A stretch of DNA of 64,000 nucleotides from Limnothrix sp. BL-A-16 (GTDB lineage: Bacteria; Cyanobacteriota; Cyanobacteriia; CACIAM-69d): positions 2,784,001-2,848,000 of the forward strand of contig CP166615.1 of the NCBI GenBank assembly GCA_041937175.2, read 5' to 3'. Position numbers and translations under genes: made by a program. Shown piece after piece: positions 50,946 through 62,845 of the stretch (position 1 is its first letter; every line of letters begins with the position of its first letter). The notes under the pieces were generated by a model. The model did no database searches and was not told the DNA's origin. It saw only the letters and a program-made list of their open reading frames with translations.

Positions 50946-53900
50946 CTAGGCACTGGTCGTAATCAGCACTTCACCCCGCAGCATTCGTCGCGCCGCATCC
51001 AGGAGGGCTTCCTCCAAGTAGGGCTTGGTAAAGTAACCCTTTGCACCCAGGTCAACGGCCATTTTCCGGTGCTTGTCGGCTCCCCGAGAGGTGAGCATCG
51101 CCACGGGCAACTCACAGAGGGTTTCTTCCGTTTGCAATCGCTGTAAGAGCTGCAAACCGTCCATGCGCGGCATTTCGATATCGCAGAACACCAGATCGCA
51201 GGGCAAACCGGATCGCAGTTTTTCCCAGGCTTCTTGACCGTCGCGGGCCTGCTCCACCTGATAACCCGCTTTTTGGAAGGTCATCTTCAGCAGCTCGCGC
51301 ACCGTGATCGAGTCGTCCACAATCAACACCATCGGATCCTTCTGTTCCGTCGGTGGCTCCACGATGTGGATGTTGTCCGATTCCCAACGGCCACTGACCG
51401 TATCGCGCCGGATGCGACCCTTCGCCAGGTCAATTAGCTCCAGCACGTCGGCGATCGGCATGACACGCCCATCGCCCAACACGGTCATCCCAGCAATGCC
51501 CAAGGGCTTGGGCACGGGGCCTTCCGGTTGCTTAATTACGATTTCTTGCTCGCCCAGAACCCGATCGACCTCAATCGCGATGAACTCACCAGCACTGCGC
51601 AACACCACGATCGCCAGGGAATCATCCTCCTGGTTGCCGCCGTAGATGTTGCCGCGACTCAGGTGGCGGTTGTATTTCAGCAACTCCGTGAGGGGATGCA
51701 GCGTCAAAATTCGATCGCGCCAGGCAATGCAGCGGCGGCCTTCCTTATCGGTCTGCACATCCTCCGGGTGAATATCGGGCGGCGTGTCTTCCACCCCATC
51801 CATCGGAAACGCGATCGTGGCGTGATCACTCAAACACCGCAACGCCTTACAAATACTCAGGTTCAGGGGCAACCGAATGGTGAAGGTCGTTCCCCGTCCC
51901 AATTCTGAATCAATGCTGATGCTGCCGCGCAATTCCTGAATCTTGCGCATCACCACATCCATGCCCACGCCACGACCGCCAAACTCATCGGCCTGGTCTT
52001 TGGTGCTGAAGCCGGGCAGGAACAGCATTTCGTAGATTTCCTGACGCACCATATTGCGAGCCTGGTTGGGGTCAATCAAGCCCTTCTCGATCGCCTTTTG
52101 TTTCACCCGCTCCGTATTAATCCCCGCCCCATCATCGGACAGGGAAATCACCGTTTGGTTACCTTGATAAAAGGCCCGAATGGTCAGCTTGCCAGTGGGG
52201 GGTTTACCTGCCGCCACCCGTGCTTCAGGCGTTTCAATGCCATGCACCAGGGCGTTATTGATCATGTGGGTAATTGGACTCGATAGCTCCTGGGAGAGGA
52301 ACTCATCGATCGCCGTTTCTTTGCCCTCAATGATCAAATCCACATCCTTGCCGCAGCGCTCCGACACCGATCGCACTGCCCGGGGCAACCGTTCCACCGT
52401 GCGCGCAAAGGTCACCATGCGCGACTTATTCAAGTTCTCTTGAATCTGGGTGGTGATTTGCCGCAGGTTCCGCACCAGTTGATCGGTTTGTTCCACCACG
52501 AAGTCAATGTCTGAGGCAGACTCCCGCACCCGCACAATCAACTCAATGATTTCCTGAGATTGGGTGTGGAAAGGGGTGAAGCGATCCAGCTCCAGTTCTC
52601 CCAGGCCCATCCGGCCGCCATGGGTGTCAGACTCACCGCTGTGATGGGTGTCGGAATGCCCGCCGCCACTGCCGCCGCGCCGCCCGGACAACAGGGACAT
52701 TTCCAGGAGCGATCGCTCGTAAAAGTCCTGCATCCGTTGCCCCACATCGCCCAACTGCTGCACCCGTTGGGTCAAGTTTTCCAAGGACTGGCGCAGGCGC
52801 TCTTGGCCCTGTTCCATGCTGTTGCGGTTCACCACCATTTCCCCAACCAGGTTGTTGAGGTTGTCCAAGTTCCGCACCGGCACTTTGATGATTTGTTCGG
52901 CCCGTAAATTGCGGCTGGCGGCCGCTTCCATTTCGCGCTGACCGTTCGCCACGGGGGTTGGGACCGATCGAGCGGGCGACACCGCAGGGCTGGGGCTAGT
53001 TGCTGGGGCAGCCTTGGCTGGGGCTTCCAGTATCTCCACCAAAGCGTCAAAGTCTAGATCCAGGCCGCCGGTACTGCCCGCGGGTGCGGGGGTTGTGGCT
53101 GGGGCCGCAGCATCGCCAAATAGATCCTCAAAGCGATCGGGGCTGTTGGTGGCGGCCGTCGTTGACCGATTCAGAGTCTTCAGCAGATTATCCAGCTCAT
53201 CTGCATCGCTGGCCGCTTGGCTCGCCGGGGCCGGCGCAGCGGAACCCTCTAGGGCATTGAGCAGGTCATCGAGGGTGCTGTCACCGGCCGGCACAGATCC
53301 CAGCTCCTGATTCAGCAGTTGATCCAGATCGCCCAAATCACCCAAACCGCTGAGACCGTCCATCATCGGCTCACTGGTGGGGGGCGCACCCAAGAGCGCA
53401 TCCAAATCTTCTAAATCCGAACCGGCCAGCGGATCAACCGCATCAACGGGTAATCCTAAGTCACCCAAATTACCAAAATCACCCAAAGTCCCCAAGTCTC
53501 CTAAGCCACTCAAGTCGTTTAGATCACCCAGGCTCCCGAAGTCAAAGTCATCCGCGCGATCGGCACTGGCCATCTCCTGCGGCTCACCAAGATCCAAGGG
53601 ACTGCTCCAGTCGGCCGTTCCCATCAAGAAGTCAGGGGCTTCGCCATCAGCGATGGTTTCCAGGCTTATCGCTTCCCCAAAGTCCAAATCGTCCAAGGCT
53701 GCCCAATCGTCATCCAGCACAGGAGCAGGGGCCGACGCGCCAGCGGGGGCCAGCAGGGCATCTAAATCCGAGAGAATTGGTGGCTCGGTGAAGTTTTCCG
53801 GAGTCCAGAGGGCGGCAGCATCGTCGTTGGCCCCTGCCAGGTCTGCTTCGGCCTCGGCCAGGTCTAGATCTTCTTCCAGGCCGCTCAGATCCGTTGTGCG

Positions 53901-56414
53901 CCGATCGGAGAATAGATCTTCCAAGCCTTCGGAGCTGAGGGTGGATCGATCGATCCGAATGGCTTTGGCTCCATTCACGTCGTAGCTGAGGTCAGCCGCC
54001 TCATACACCGGCTCGGCCGGCTCCGCAGAAAGCGGCTCGTCCAGCAGGGTATCAATGTCTTGGATAAAGTTCTCGGCGGTTGAGGTTTCCGCATCCGGCA
54101 ACATCACATCCGGCGACTCCGCCAACAGATCCGCAAAGGGATCCACCTCCTCCAAGGGATTGGCATTCAAGATGCCATCCAAATCGAAGGGATCGAGGGC
54201 GGGCAAGTCGTCCAGAGACGGATCCACCAGGGCCGGCATGGCGGTGGTCGGCGCGAGATCCTCATCGGTCAGATCAACGGCGCTGAAGTCGCTCAGATTA
54301 TTGAAATCATCGGTCAGATCAACGGCGCTGAAGTCGCTCAGATTATTGAAATCGTTGAAGTCCAAATCAGGGGCGGAGTCCGACCAATGATCGTCCAGGT
54401 CGATCGCGGCCAAGTCGGGCAACTCCCCTGGCGACATATCCCCGAGATCCAACCCATCCCCCCAACGATCTGTGGTTGCTTCCGGGGCCGCTGCGGCTGC
54501 CACATCGAGATCGGCCAGGCCTGCATTGCCAAGGTCTAGGTCTGGATGGGCCAGGTCTACGTTGGCCAAGTCTGCTGCCCAAGCGTCCAGATCAGCCATG
54601 TCATCGATCGCCCCGATCTCCGGTAACGAATCGAGGGTCAGTTCTGGAGGCGCAATCTCACCCGTCAGACCATCGATCAGATCTAACCCCAGGTCTGAGC
54701 CGAAATTGCCACCGAGATCATCCAGATTCCCCAGCGCCGAATCAATCACCGTCGTCAAATCCGGGTCATCATCTCCCAATTTTTGGAGTTCATGGGGAAT
54801 CGGTTCGATCGCCGTGGGATTGCTGATCAGCTCCGTGGAGAAGGTCAGGTCACTGCTGGGCACCACCCGCAGGTCAGTGGGTTCCTCTTCCGCATCCAAG
54901 CCCAGATCAAACAGGTCATCCGAGGCGATCGGGTTGACTTCCGTGGCCGTTTCCACCGCATCCAGCAGCGCATCCAGATCATCATCACCAATGAGATCGA
55001 TCGCCCCCTCGCCTTGACCCGCATTCACCATCAGTCCATTGCCGGTCGATGGCTCGTCCCCAAAGGACAACAGGTCATCGATGGACTCTAACCCCATCTC
55101 CGCCATCGAATCGGTGGTGTCAATTTCATCCAGCAGATCGTAGCCCAGTGCATCCAGGGAACTGGTCAAGGCATCAGCATCCGCTGACGATTCCTCATGG
55201 GTAAATATCAAGTCCGACAGGTCATAGTCTGCGGCCGGGTTCAGGGGCAAGCCAACCGCCGACTCCGCACTTTGTCCCGGTAGATCAGCTTCCAAATCCT
55301 GGGAGCTTTGGCGAAACAAGTCCGCCAACACGTCCAATTCGGCCACGCCCACTTCCGGCCCCGTGCCCGGTTCTGCCCTGGGCCGTTCCACCCGACTGGT
55401 TTGGGTGGGTGATGGGGTGGGGCTTAAATCCAGCTCATCCATCCGGGTTACGACGGTGTTGCTGGTTTCCGTAAACCAATCTTGCTCAAAATCATCGCCC
55501 TGGCTGTGGGTGATGTCGGTAATTTCGGGCGCTAATTCGTCGTTGAGTAAGTCGTCGAAGTCAAACAGATCTGCATCTAGGCTGCTGGGGCTGGGGGCAA
55601 CCGGCTGGGGAACCAAAGCCCGTAACTCACTGCCCAAGCAGATTTCCTGGCTGCGATCGTCCAGAACCAGATCTTGAGCCTGCTTCAGGTCGCGAATGAT
55701 CGTGGGCGCTAGGGTTTTGTAGGAGTTGGTGGGGCAACCGATCGCCTGGCTGGCCGCATCCAGTAGCTCCACCCAACCGGTAATGCGGCTGCTTTTGCCT
55801 AAGTCAGACAAGCGCTGACACATCCATTGGAGCTGCGCGCGCTGCTGAGGACTATCCCCTTGGCGAAACAGATCCAACATTTCCCGTAACAGTTGGGGCA
55901 CCTGTTGCTGAAAAACCTGATGGGTGCGATCGGCCGCCCAGGCATCCTCACTTTGGGATGAGAGGGTACGATGCAGCACGCTGGGCATGTCCACTTCATG
56001 GACGGCAAGGCCCAAACGTTCCGCCAGGGCGTTAAACGCCGGCTCCGAATCCTGAAGCACGCGGTTGCCCACTTCGGTGGTCAGGCCAAAGGGGCCCTGG
56101 AGATGGTCGAGCAGTTCCACCAGGGTGTCAAAGGCCCGCAGGAAAAGGCTTTCCAACTCCCGATCGATATGGATCGGATGCTCTTTCAGGACTTTAAAAA
56201 AGTCTTCAATGCGGTGGGCGGCCTGTTGGATGCTCTCGAACTCCAACATGCCCGCGCCCCCCTTGATCGAGTGGGCCGCCCGAAAGACCTCATCCATTAG
56301 CTCCGGGTCTTCGATCGTCCCCTGCAAGTTCATGAGGCCTTGCTCGATGGTTGTGAGGTAGTCCTTGGCTTCCTCAATGAAATAACCGACGATGCGTTGC
56401 TGTTGATCTTGCAT
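50946..56414 (-). CDS. cheA: CheA-like hybrid kinase (Hpt - long acidic linker - HATPase - CheW - REC); PilL/HmpE type
   Basis: FRAAHSIKG, LNNLVGEMVV, NNALVHGIE, DDGAGI, GRGVGMDVV, VDDSITVR, CDIEMPRMDG. Confidence 0.95.
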   Translation of the reverse strand: MQDQQQRIVGYFIEEAKDYLTTIEQGLMNLQGTIEDPELMDEVFRAAHSIKGGAGMLEFESIQQAAHRIEDFFKVLKEHPIHIDRELESLFLRAFDTLVELLDHLQGPFGLTTEVGNRVLQDSEPAFNALAERLGLAVHEVDMPSVLHRTLSSQSEDAWAADRTHQVFQQQVPQLLREMLDLFRQGDSPQQRAQLQWMCQRLSDLGKSSRITGWVELLDAASQAIGCPTNSYKTLAPTIIRDLKQAQDLVLDDRSQEICLGSELRALVPQPVAPSPSSLDADLFDFDDLLNDELAPEITDITHSQGDDFEQDWFTETSNTVVTRMDELDLSPTPSPTQTSRVERPRAEPGTGPEVGVAELDVLADLFRQSSQDLEADLPGQSAESAVGLPLNPAADYDLSDLIFTHEESSADADALTSSLDALGYDLLDEIDTTDSMAEMGLESIDDLLSFGDEPSTGNGLMVNAGQGEGAIDLIGDDDLDALLDAVETATEVNPIASDDLFDLGLDAEEEPTDLRVVPSSDLTFSTELISNPTAIEPIPHELQKLGDDDPDLTTVIDSALGNLDDLGGNFGSDLGLDLIDGLTGEIAPPELTLDSLPEIGAIDDMADLDAWAADLANVDLAHPDLDLGNAGLADLDVAAAAAPEATTDRWGDGLDLGDMSPGELPDLAAIDLDDHWSDSAPDLDFNDFNNLSDFSAVDLTDDFNNLSDFSAVDLTDEDLAPTTAMPALVDPSLDDLPALDPFDLDGILNANPLEEVDPFADLLAESPDVMLPDAETSTAENFIQDIDTLLDEPLSAEPAEPVYEAADLSYDVNGAKAIRIDRSTLSSEGLEDLFSDRRTTDLSGLEEDLDLAEAEADLAGANDDAAALWTPENFTEPPILSDLDALLAPAGASAPAPVLDDDWAALDDLDFGEAISLETIADGEAPDFLMGTADWSSPLDLGEPQEMASADRADDFDFGSLGDLNDLSGLGDLGTLGDFGNLGDLGLPVDAVDPLAGSDLEDLDALLGAPPTSEPMMDGLSGLGDLGDLDQLLNQELGSVPAGDSTLDDLLNALEGSAAPAPASQAASDADELDNLLKTLNRSTTAATNSPDRFEDLFGDAAAPATTPAPAGSTGGLDLDFDALVEILEAPAKAAPATSPSPAVSPARSVPTPVANGQREMEAAASRNLRAEQIIKVPVRNLDNLNNLVGEMVVNRNSMEQGQERLRQSLENLTQRVQQLGDVGQRMQDFYERSLLEMSLLSGRRGGSGGGHSDTHHSGESDTHGGRMGLGELELDRFTPFHTQSQEIIELIVRVRESASDIDFVVEQTDQLVRNLRQITTQIQENLNKSRMVTFARTVERLPRAVRSVSERCGKDVDLIIEGKETAIDEFLSQELSSPITHMINNALVHGIETPEARVAAGKPPTGKLTIRAFYQGNQTVISLSDDGAGINTERVKQKAIEKGLIDPNQARNMVRQEIYEMLFLPGFSTKDQADEFGGRGVGMDVVMRKIQELRGSISIDSELGRGTTFTIRLPLNLSICKALRCLSDHATIAFPMDGVEDTPPDIHPEDVQTDKEGRRCIAWRDRILTLHPLTELLKYNRHLSRGNIYGGNQEDDSLAIVVLRSAGEFIAIEVDRVLGEQEIVIKQPEGPVPKPLGIAGMTVLGDGRVMPIADVLELIDLAKGRIRRDTVSGRWESDNIHIVEPPTEQKDPMVLIVDDSITVRELLKMTFQKAGYQVEQARDGQEAWEKLRSGLPCDLVFCDIEMPRMDGLQLLQRLQTEETLCELPVAMLTSRGADKHRKMAVDLGAKGYFTKPYLEEALLDAARRMLRGEVLITTSA
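54262..54351. repeat. Perfect 2 x 45-bp in-frame duplication inside the cheA linker
   Basis: TCATCGGTCAGATCAACGGCGCTGAAGTCGCTCAGATTATTGAAA twice (FNNLSDFSAVDLTD(D) x2). Confidence 0.95.
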
Positions 56415-56661
56415 GGAACATAGCCTCCGAAGCGTTTGCCCGCATGATCAAGGGCACTGCCAGCCAACTCGATGCGGATTTGGGGCGAATCAAAAGATGG
56501 ATCGACAAAGGGTTGCTTGCGATTCAACCTCGCCCGTGGGACGAGCCGCTGAATCTGTCAAGCCGTAACAATGACTTCAGAATTCAGCATGGAATCTCCA
56601 GCTTGGAATCTACTGTACTCGATCCATTTCAGATCAGCTTCTGCTGGGTTAACCCTGCTGG

Positions 56662-59600
56662 CTACTGATTGCTGCTGTCAACCCGGAAACGCTCCACGGA
56701 GGAGAGCAGATCGCCCGCCACTCGCACCAGAATTTGCAGGGACTCGGACACCCGCTGCGATTCCTGGGAGGTGTCTTGGGCGGTCTTTTCAACCGATCGA
56801 ACCACTTGGGCCACGGAGCGGGAGGTGTCCGTTTGCTCCACGGTGTCCGCCGTAATCGATCGCACCAGCACATCAATCCGGTTCGACACTTGAATGATGT
56901 CATCGAGTGCGCGCTTGGCCTGTTCCGCCAGCTTCGTTCCTTCCAACACCTGTTGTGTGCCGTCTTCCATCGCTCGCATCACCAAGTTGGTTTCACTTTG
57001 GATTTGCATCACGATCTTTTCAATTTCCTTGGAGGCTTTGGCGGCGCGATCGGCCAACTGTCGCACTTCATCCGCCACGATGGCAAAGCCCTTGCCCGCT
57101 TCGCCAGCCCTGGCCGCTTCGATACTGGCGTTGAGGGCGAGCAGGTTGGTACGGGAGGCGATCGTGGCAATCAAGGCCACAATCTTGGAAATTTCCTGGG
57201 TAGATTCCGCCAGTCGTTTCACCTTGCGAGCGGTTTCGGCCACCGTTTCTCGAATTTGCAAAATCCCGGCCACGGTGCGTTCCACCGCTTCGCCCCCCTT
57301 CAAAGCGGTTGCGGAGGCGGAACGGGCCACTTCCTCGGCTTCGCGAGCACTTTCGGCCACCCGCTGAATCGAGTCGGTCATCACCTGCACAGAGTTGAGG
57401 GTCACGGCCAACTCTTCCGCCTGCCGCAGCGCATCGGAAGAAAGTGATCGGGCAAAGGACTCGTTTTCCGAGGAGCGCTTGTTCACCTGCAAAGCGGCCG
57501 TTTTCACCTGCTGCACAATTTCTCGCAGGTTTTGAATGGTCAGGTTGAACGAGTCGGCCACGGCACCCAACACGTCGGCGGTCACTTCCGCCTGAACCGT
57601 CAGGTCGCCTCGGGCAGCCCCTTCCACGTCGTCCAGCAGCCGAATCACTTGCCGCTGGAGATCTTCGCGAGCCTGCTCCTGCTCTTGGGCTTTGCGCTGG
57701 GCCTCGCCCATGGTGCTCAAAATCACCCGGGTCATTTGGTTAAAGGAGTTGGCCAGTTCCCCAAATTCATCGTCCCCAAAAACCCGAGCCGTGGCATGGA
57801 GACTGCCTTGGCAAACGGAATCCAACTGGGCTTGCAAATCGCCCGTGGCTCGCTCCACATGCTGGGCCGTGCGACGGCCCAGGAACAGGGCCACCCCGCC
57901 TCCGGTGGCTCCCGCCAACAGGGAGGAAACCAGGCCGATGGTGCGAATGTCGCCCATCAGTTGCGGACTGATGCCCCGATCGCGCACATGGGTCATGGTC
58001 AAGTGCGTGGTGCCCGCCACGGCCAGGAATGACACAATCCCAGCCATCACCGCCGTAACGGTTTGTTTGGTTGTCAGGCGGGCATTGTCGAAGGAAGCCA
58101 GCCAACCATCTTCGGATGGGGTGACCGGTTCGGCGGCGCGGCTTTCGGGCTGGTCAAAGCTCAGCAGTTCTTCGTTGTTGGAACTGGTGGCGATGTTGAA
58201 GACTTCGTTATCCCCCCCGACAAAGTTGGAGAGGGGTTCTCCCATCACGCCCAAGGAGGGTTCCCCAAGGGAAAACTCGTCGCCACCGTCCGATCGCGGC
58301 ACGAATTCTGAGGAGGTGTTGGTCAAGCTGAAGTCCGGTAGGCTGCCGAGGTCGTCGAATTCATCGAAGTCATCCATGAAGTCGCTGGCGGCGGCGGCTC
58401 CGTCATCCGCGATCGCGGACAGGGCCCCGGAGGCCGGATCATCCACCGATCGAGCAGGGCTGGTGAAAGCCATGCCCGGGGCCCCGTTGATCATGTCGAG
58501 GGGGAACGCATCATCATCGGACTCCGGCTCCATGACCGGCGGTTCATTGAAGATGCCAAAATCGCCTGCCTCGTTGTCTTCCGGCTCGATCGCCCCCAAG
58601 GCTGGCTCTGACGGTGCATCCCAGGAGCCGCCCCCAAAGGCTGTGGCACTCAAGTCTCCAGGGTTGAACTCATTGAACTCATCCGGGTTGAACTCTGCCC
58701 CGTTGAAGTTCCCACTACCAAATTCAGCCAAGTCTTGGGCTGTGGCTCCCTGAAGGGTACTGGGCCCCGCCATCATAAACAGGGTCTCTTCCACCTCATC
58801 ATCGATCGAGAAGGATCCCTCGATCGGGGCCGCAAAAGGCAACTCAATTCTGGCCGCTGGTTCCTTAACCGCTGCTGGTTCCTGCGTTCCGGCCGGCGGG
58901 GGCATGAAGAGTGTGCGATCGTCGTCGGCACTGTCCCCCACAAACACGCCAAAGGGTTCATCAAAAGCATTCGCGCCCGCCAGCGGCCCAGCAACGGCCG
59001 GAGCCGCTGGCTCTGAGAAATCGCCAAAGCCGTCCCCAAACGCCTCGGAGCCAAAGGGATTTTCGGCCCCTGCGGCAACCTCAGCGCCACCAAAATCAGT
59101 GCCACCAAAATCAAAGTCAGCCCCAGCGGCCATGGGTTGACTCGCTAGCCCATCCGCATCAAACACGCCAAATCCAAAATCTTCAGGGGCGGATGATTCA
59201 GAGGCTGCCGGTGCTGCCCAGTCTTCTGCAAAGGCCGCCGCAGCCGGAGCGGCCGGGGTTTCGAGGTCAAAGCCCTCAAAGTCACCGAAGCCATCGACCG
59301 CCAAGTCATTGGTCTCCGTCGAATCGGCAAAATTAGGCGGCTCAAAGCTGGCCTCAAAGGGCGCTGCGGGAGATGCTGCCCCAAAATCACCAAAATCTTC
59401 AATGGGATCAGCATCCAAGTCCCCAAAAACCGGAGCTTCAGAGGGGGATGCGGCAAAGTCTTCTGAGCCAGCCTCTCCAAAGCCCGCCGACTCATCAAAG
59501 CCGGCCGACTCGCCGAAGTCGAGGTCAGCCAACGCGGCTCCAAATTGATCTGCTCCAAACTGATCACCATCGGCCGTGTCACCGGGCAAATCGCTCGCGA

Positions 59601-60675
59601 AGTCATCGGCCCCAAAGGCTGATGCGGCCAGGGGATCCGCCCCACTGGTTGCCCCAAAGTCAGCCTGAGCTAAGTCAAAGGACTGATCACCAAAATCCAT
59701 GCTGGCCCCAAAAGCATCATCGCTATTGGGCGATACCGATGCTGCAAAGGGATCCGCCTCGAAGCGATCGGGCAGCCCCAAATCTGGTGTTGGCGAGGGT
59801 GTGGATCCTTCGCTCCCCCCAAAGGGATCGATCAGGAAGGGATCCGCTGCCGGATCTGAGGGGGTGGCTGGTTCCGGAGAACCCAACGCAGCAAAGGGAT
59901 CATCGCTCCCTCCTAGGTCAGCGCCTAGGGCGATCGCCCCGGGGTCTGCGCTCAAGTCCATTCCTGAGTCCGTGCCAAAGTCAAAGTTATCAAAGCTGTT
60001 GAGGTCATTGGAATCGCTGCCCGTGGATCCATCCCCGAGATCCAGCGCGCCCAAGTTGCCTAAATCGGCGCTCCCAAAATCCGCATCTTCAAAGTTGACA
60101 CTCCCGAAGTCTGCACTACCAAACTCCGCGTTGCCAAAATCACCGCTCTCTAGATCAGCATTGGCAAAGTCCGCGTCACTTTCCAGGTCACCCAGGGCTT
60201 CGGCCATGGTGCTGTTGCCGGCCAGCAGACCCGTTTCCGTGCCCTGGGGGTCACTCATCAATTCATCAAAATTGAAGTCCCCATCATCAATCAACGGTTG
60301 ATCGGCTAGATGGGTGTTGCCGCTATTGGTGGTGGTTTCCTGATCGCCGAAGTCGAATTGGTCAAAGTTAGGAGTTTCGTCATAACCATGACCGGCGCTC
60401 AGGGCCTGGTTGGTGGCGGCTAACCCTGAATGGGCGTATTCCACAAAGGTGGGGTCGCTGGTCAGGCTGAGCACGGACTGGTATTCCACCTGGGCCGTGT
60501 CGTATTGGTTTAGGCCATAGCAGTAGATGTGGCCTCGGAGTAAGCGAACGCTGGGATCATCGGGATAGGCCTGGGCAAGCCGATCGATCGCGGCGGCAGC
60601 TTCGGGGTAATTACCGCTGGTGTAGGCATCATTGGCCCGCTGGTAATCCTGGTTGTAATCCGTGCTGGATGCCAT
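56662..60675 (-). CDS. pilJ: Methyl-accepting chemotaxis protein (TPR - acidic linker - 2 TM - HAMP - MA); PilJ/HmpD type
   Basis: N-terminal [50 protein letters not shown]. Confidence 0.92.
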   Translation of the reverse strand: MASSTDYNQDYQRANDAYTSGNYPEAAAAIDRLAQAYPDDPSVRLLRGHIYCYGLNQYDTAQVEYQSVLSLTSDPTFVEYAHSGLAATNQALSAGHGYDETPNFDQFDFGDQETTTNSGNTHLADQPLIDDGDFNFDELMSDPQGTETGLLAGNSTMAEALGDLESDADFANADLESGDFGNAEFGSADFGSVNFEDADFGSADLGNLGALDLGDGSTGSDSNDLNSFDNFDFGTDSGMDLSADPGAIALGADLGGSDDPFAALGSPEPATPSDPAADPFLIDPFGGSEGSTPSPTPDLGLPDRFEADPFAASVSPNSDDAFGASMDFGDQSFDLAQADFGATSGADPLAASAFGADDFASDLPGDTADGDQFGADQFGAALADLDFGESAGFDESAGFGEAGSEDFAASPSEAPVFGDLDADPIEDFGDFGAASPAAPFEASFEPPNFADSTETNDLAVDGFGDFEGFDLETPAAPAAAAFAEDWAAPAASESSAPEDFGFGVFDADGLASQPMAAGADFDFGGTDFGGAEVAAGAENPFGSEAFGDGFGDFSEPAAPAVAGPLAGANAFDEPFGVFVGDSADDDRTLFMPPPAGTQEPAAVKEPAARIELPFAAPIEGSFSIDDEVEETLFMMAGPSTLQGATAQDLAEFGSGNFNGAEFNPDEFNEFNPGDLSATAFGGGSWDAPSEPALGAIEPEDNEAGDFGIFNEPPVMEPESDDDAFPLDMINGAPGMAFTSPARSVDDPASGALSAIADDGAAAASDFMDDFDEFDDLGSLPDFSLTNTSSEFVPRSDGGDEFSLGEPSLGVMGEPLSNFVGGDNEVFNIATSSNNEELLSFDQPESRAAEPVTPSEDGWLASFDNARLTTKQTVTAVMAGIVSFLAVAGTTHLTMTHVRDRGISPQLMGDIRTIGLVSSLLAGATGGGVALFLGRRTAQHVERATGDLQAQLDSVCQGSLHATARVFGDDEFGELANSFNQMTRVILSTMGEAQRKAQEQEQAREDLQRQVIRLLDDVEGAARGDLTVQAEVTADVLGAVADSFNLTIQNLREIVQQVKTAALQVNKRSSENESFARSLSSDALRQAEELAVTLNSVQVMTDSIQRVAESAREAEEVARSASATALKGGEAVERTVAGILQIRETVAETARKVKRLAESTQEISKIVALIATIASRTNLLALNASIEAARAGEAGKGFAIVADEVRQLADRAAKASKEIEKIVMQIQSETNLVMRAMEDGTQQVLEGTKLAEQAKRALDDIIQVSNRIDVLVRSITADTVEQTDTSRSVAQVVRSVEKTAQDTSQESQRVSESLQILVRVAGDLLSSVERFRVDSSNQ

Positions 60676-60803
60676 TGACCTTCTCCGGGACGATCGAACT
60701 CTGGCGCGTTTAGAAAATTGCGGCTTGGGGCGCGTGGGGCCGCTTGTAACAATTGGGCAAGTCAGGTACGAGCATAGCCGCCCATCGTACTTCGATGCTA
60801 CTC

Positions 60804-61340
60804 CTATCCTGCGGATTGACCCAGGCGGTTAGACCGCAAAATGGCCACATGATCCAGTAGTTGCAGAATTCGATTGTTACTCAATCGCCACTCTCCGCGC
60901 AAAAATTCCCCGATCGGATCATTCACGCTACTCAAGGCTTCCACATTGTCCGGCTTGAGCCAATACATACCCGCCACTCGGGCCACTGCCAAGCCAAGCA
61001 TCATATCCCCTTCCTCGATCGCAATCACCGGCACCTCCGCCCGATCGGTATTCAGCGGGATGGTTTCCCCCAAAAACTGCCCCAGATCCACCACCCAAAT
61101 CACCTGCCCCCGAATATTCAAGGTTCCTAACAGCAGGGGAGACACGTTCGGCACAGGCGTGATTCGATCGGGAGAAGGTTCACTCACCTCGCGAATAATG
61201 ACCGCTGGCAATGCCAATTCCCGGCCCGAGGGTAGGTAAAACCGCAGGTGCATCTCACCTTCAGGATTTTCTAGCTCCTGAAGTTCCGGCGACTGATCAT
61301 CCACACCTCCGCCGGCCAAAAAATCTGGACTTCCGACCAC
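60804..61340 (-). CDS. cheW: CheW coupling protein (PilI/HmpC type)
   Basis: [27 protein letters not shown]. Confidence 0.93.
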   Translation of the reverse strand: MVGSPDFLAGGGVDDQSPELQELENPEGEMHLRFYLPSGRELALPAVIIREVSEPSPDRITPVPNVSPLLLGTLNIRGQVIWVVDLGQFLGETIPLNTDRAEVPVIAIEEGDMMLGLAVARVAGMYWLKPDNVEALSSVNDPIGEFLRGEWRLSNNRILQLLDHVAILRSNRLGQSAG

Positions 61341-61676
61341 AGCGCTTTCCTCTGGCTCCGTAACAGACTGAAGGGCAACTGCTACCCCACAATTACGTTA
61401 CGCCATGCATTCACGATCGCACCCGATCTTTCAGGCAGTCATCACCCCGCTGGGGGCAAAGAGCCAGATTTGGATCTAGCCCAACTGCGCAATTGCCGTC
61501 AAATCACCGTTCAATTGTCGCTAATTTCGCGAAACCACGCCTATCCTGCCAGATCGGCGCAAATTTCCTCAATTAGAAGCCAATTTTCTCAATTCCAGAT
61601 CATCAAATTCAGATCACCAAATTCAGATCACTGAACCCAGATCACCAAATCCCAACCTTTGCTAAACCTTTGCTAA

Positions 61677-62042
61677 TCAGCCGCGTAATAATTGCTTCAC
61701 TGTTCCCACCAACTCTTGAGGCTGAAAGGGCTTAGCAATGTAGGCATCTGCGCCTTGTCTCAGGCCCCAGTAGCGATCGAACTCTTCCCCTTTCGAGGAA
61801 CACATCACCACTGGCACGTCCTGCGTTGTGGGATCCGATTTCAAGCGACGACAAACTTCGTAGCCATTCATGCGGGGCATCACAATATCCAAAACGACCA
61901 GATCTGGACGCTGCTTTTGCAAACTTTCCAGCGCCTCAACACCATCGGATGCCATGTTGACGGTCAGCCCACTGCCCTGCAAGAGCTCGCCGATCATCTC
62001 TCGCTGGGCGACGCTGTCTTCGACAACTAACACTACACTCAT
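61677..62042 (-). CDS. pilH: CheY-like response regulator (PilH/HmpB type)
   Basis: VEDS, LDIVMPRMNGYEVCR, DRYWG, YIAKPF. Confidence 0.9.
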   Translation of the reverse strand: MSVVLVVEDSVAQREMIGELLQGSGLTVNMASDGVEALESLQKQRPDLVVLDIVMPRMNGYEVCRRLKSDPTTQDVPVVMCSSKGEEFDRYWGLRQGADAYIAKPFQPQELVGTVKQLLRG

Positions 62043-62845
62043 GGCTATCTTTCTCGTTTCACTCTGCCTGCCAAGGGGGTCAATCGGGGCGCATGGGGTT
62101 CATGACGCAGCGGTGGCTCGTCACCCAAACTCTTGCATTACCGGTCATCGGAACGGGCAATGATTTATCCCAGACGCGATCGGCGCTGCTCTTACTTGAA
62201 CCATCCTGATCCTGCCAGCTTTAGGGTTCCCAAATCCCTGGCAGCCAACGGACATGGCTACCGGTGAATTGAGGCACGCGAGAATTTAACGACTAGGAGA
62301 TAGGGAGTGGGTGCGAACCAGCAATCAGGTTATTACCGGCGATCAATGGCTTGGGGGCAATTGCTCTGTTTTCGGCAGGATTGCCGTTGACAAGATCGGC
62401 TGATAGAGCTGTGGTGCTGGCGTATGGGCGGGCATAAACCTCACCCATGTCAAGCAATCACGGCTGGTGTTGACTAAGAACACTCAGACCCTGGCAAAAT
62501 GCCGCTATGCAAGTGCGATGGCTGGCAATGATTATAGCGTCGTGATGGGCGGGCCACGTCTTTTTGCGGGTGGTTGTCACCCACGGAAATCGCAGACCTG
62601 CGCCTGAATGCTAGCAGGAACTGACAGCTCGCGCACCCGATTCTCGACCCGAGTTGGGGCTAACCCGGTTGCGCAAGCGTAAACGATGGTTGGGTTGTTT
62701 TTCAACTTTTCCGGCAATCTTTGGGCAATCTTTAGGCAACGCTCTGGCCATTTGACATCCCGTTGGGGCTGGGCGATCGCCCGTTTAGGTTTCCCCGAGA
62801 AAGGCCCTAGCCCGGCGCTAATTTAAGTCGAATTGGGCGCTTTTG

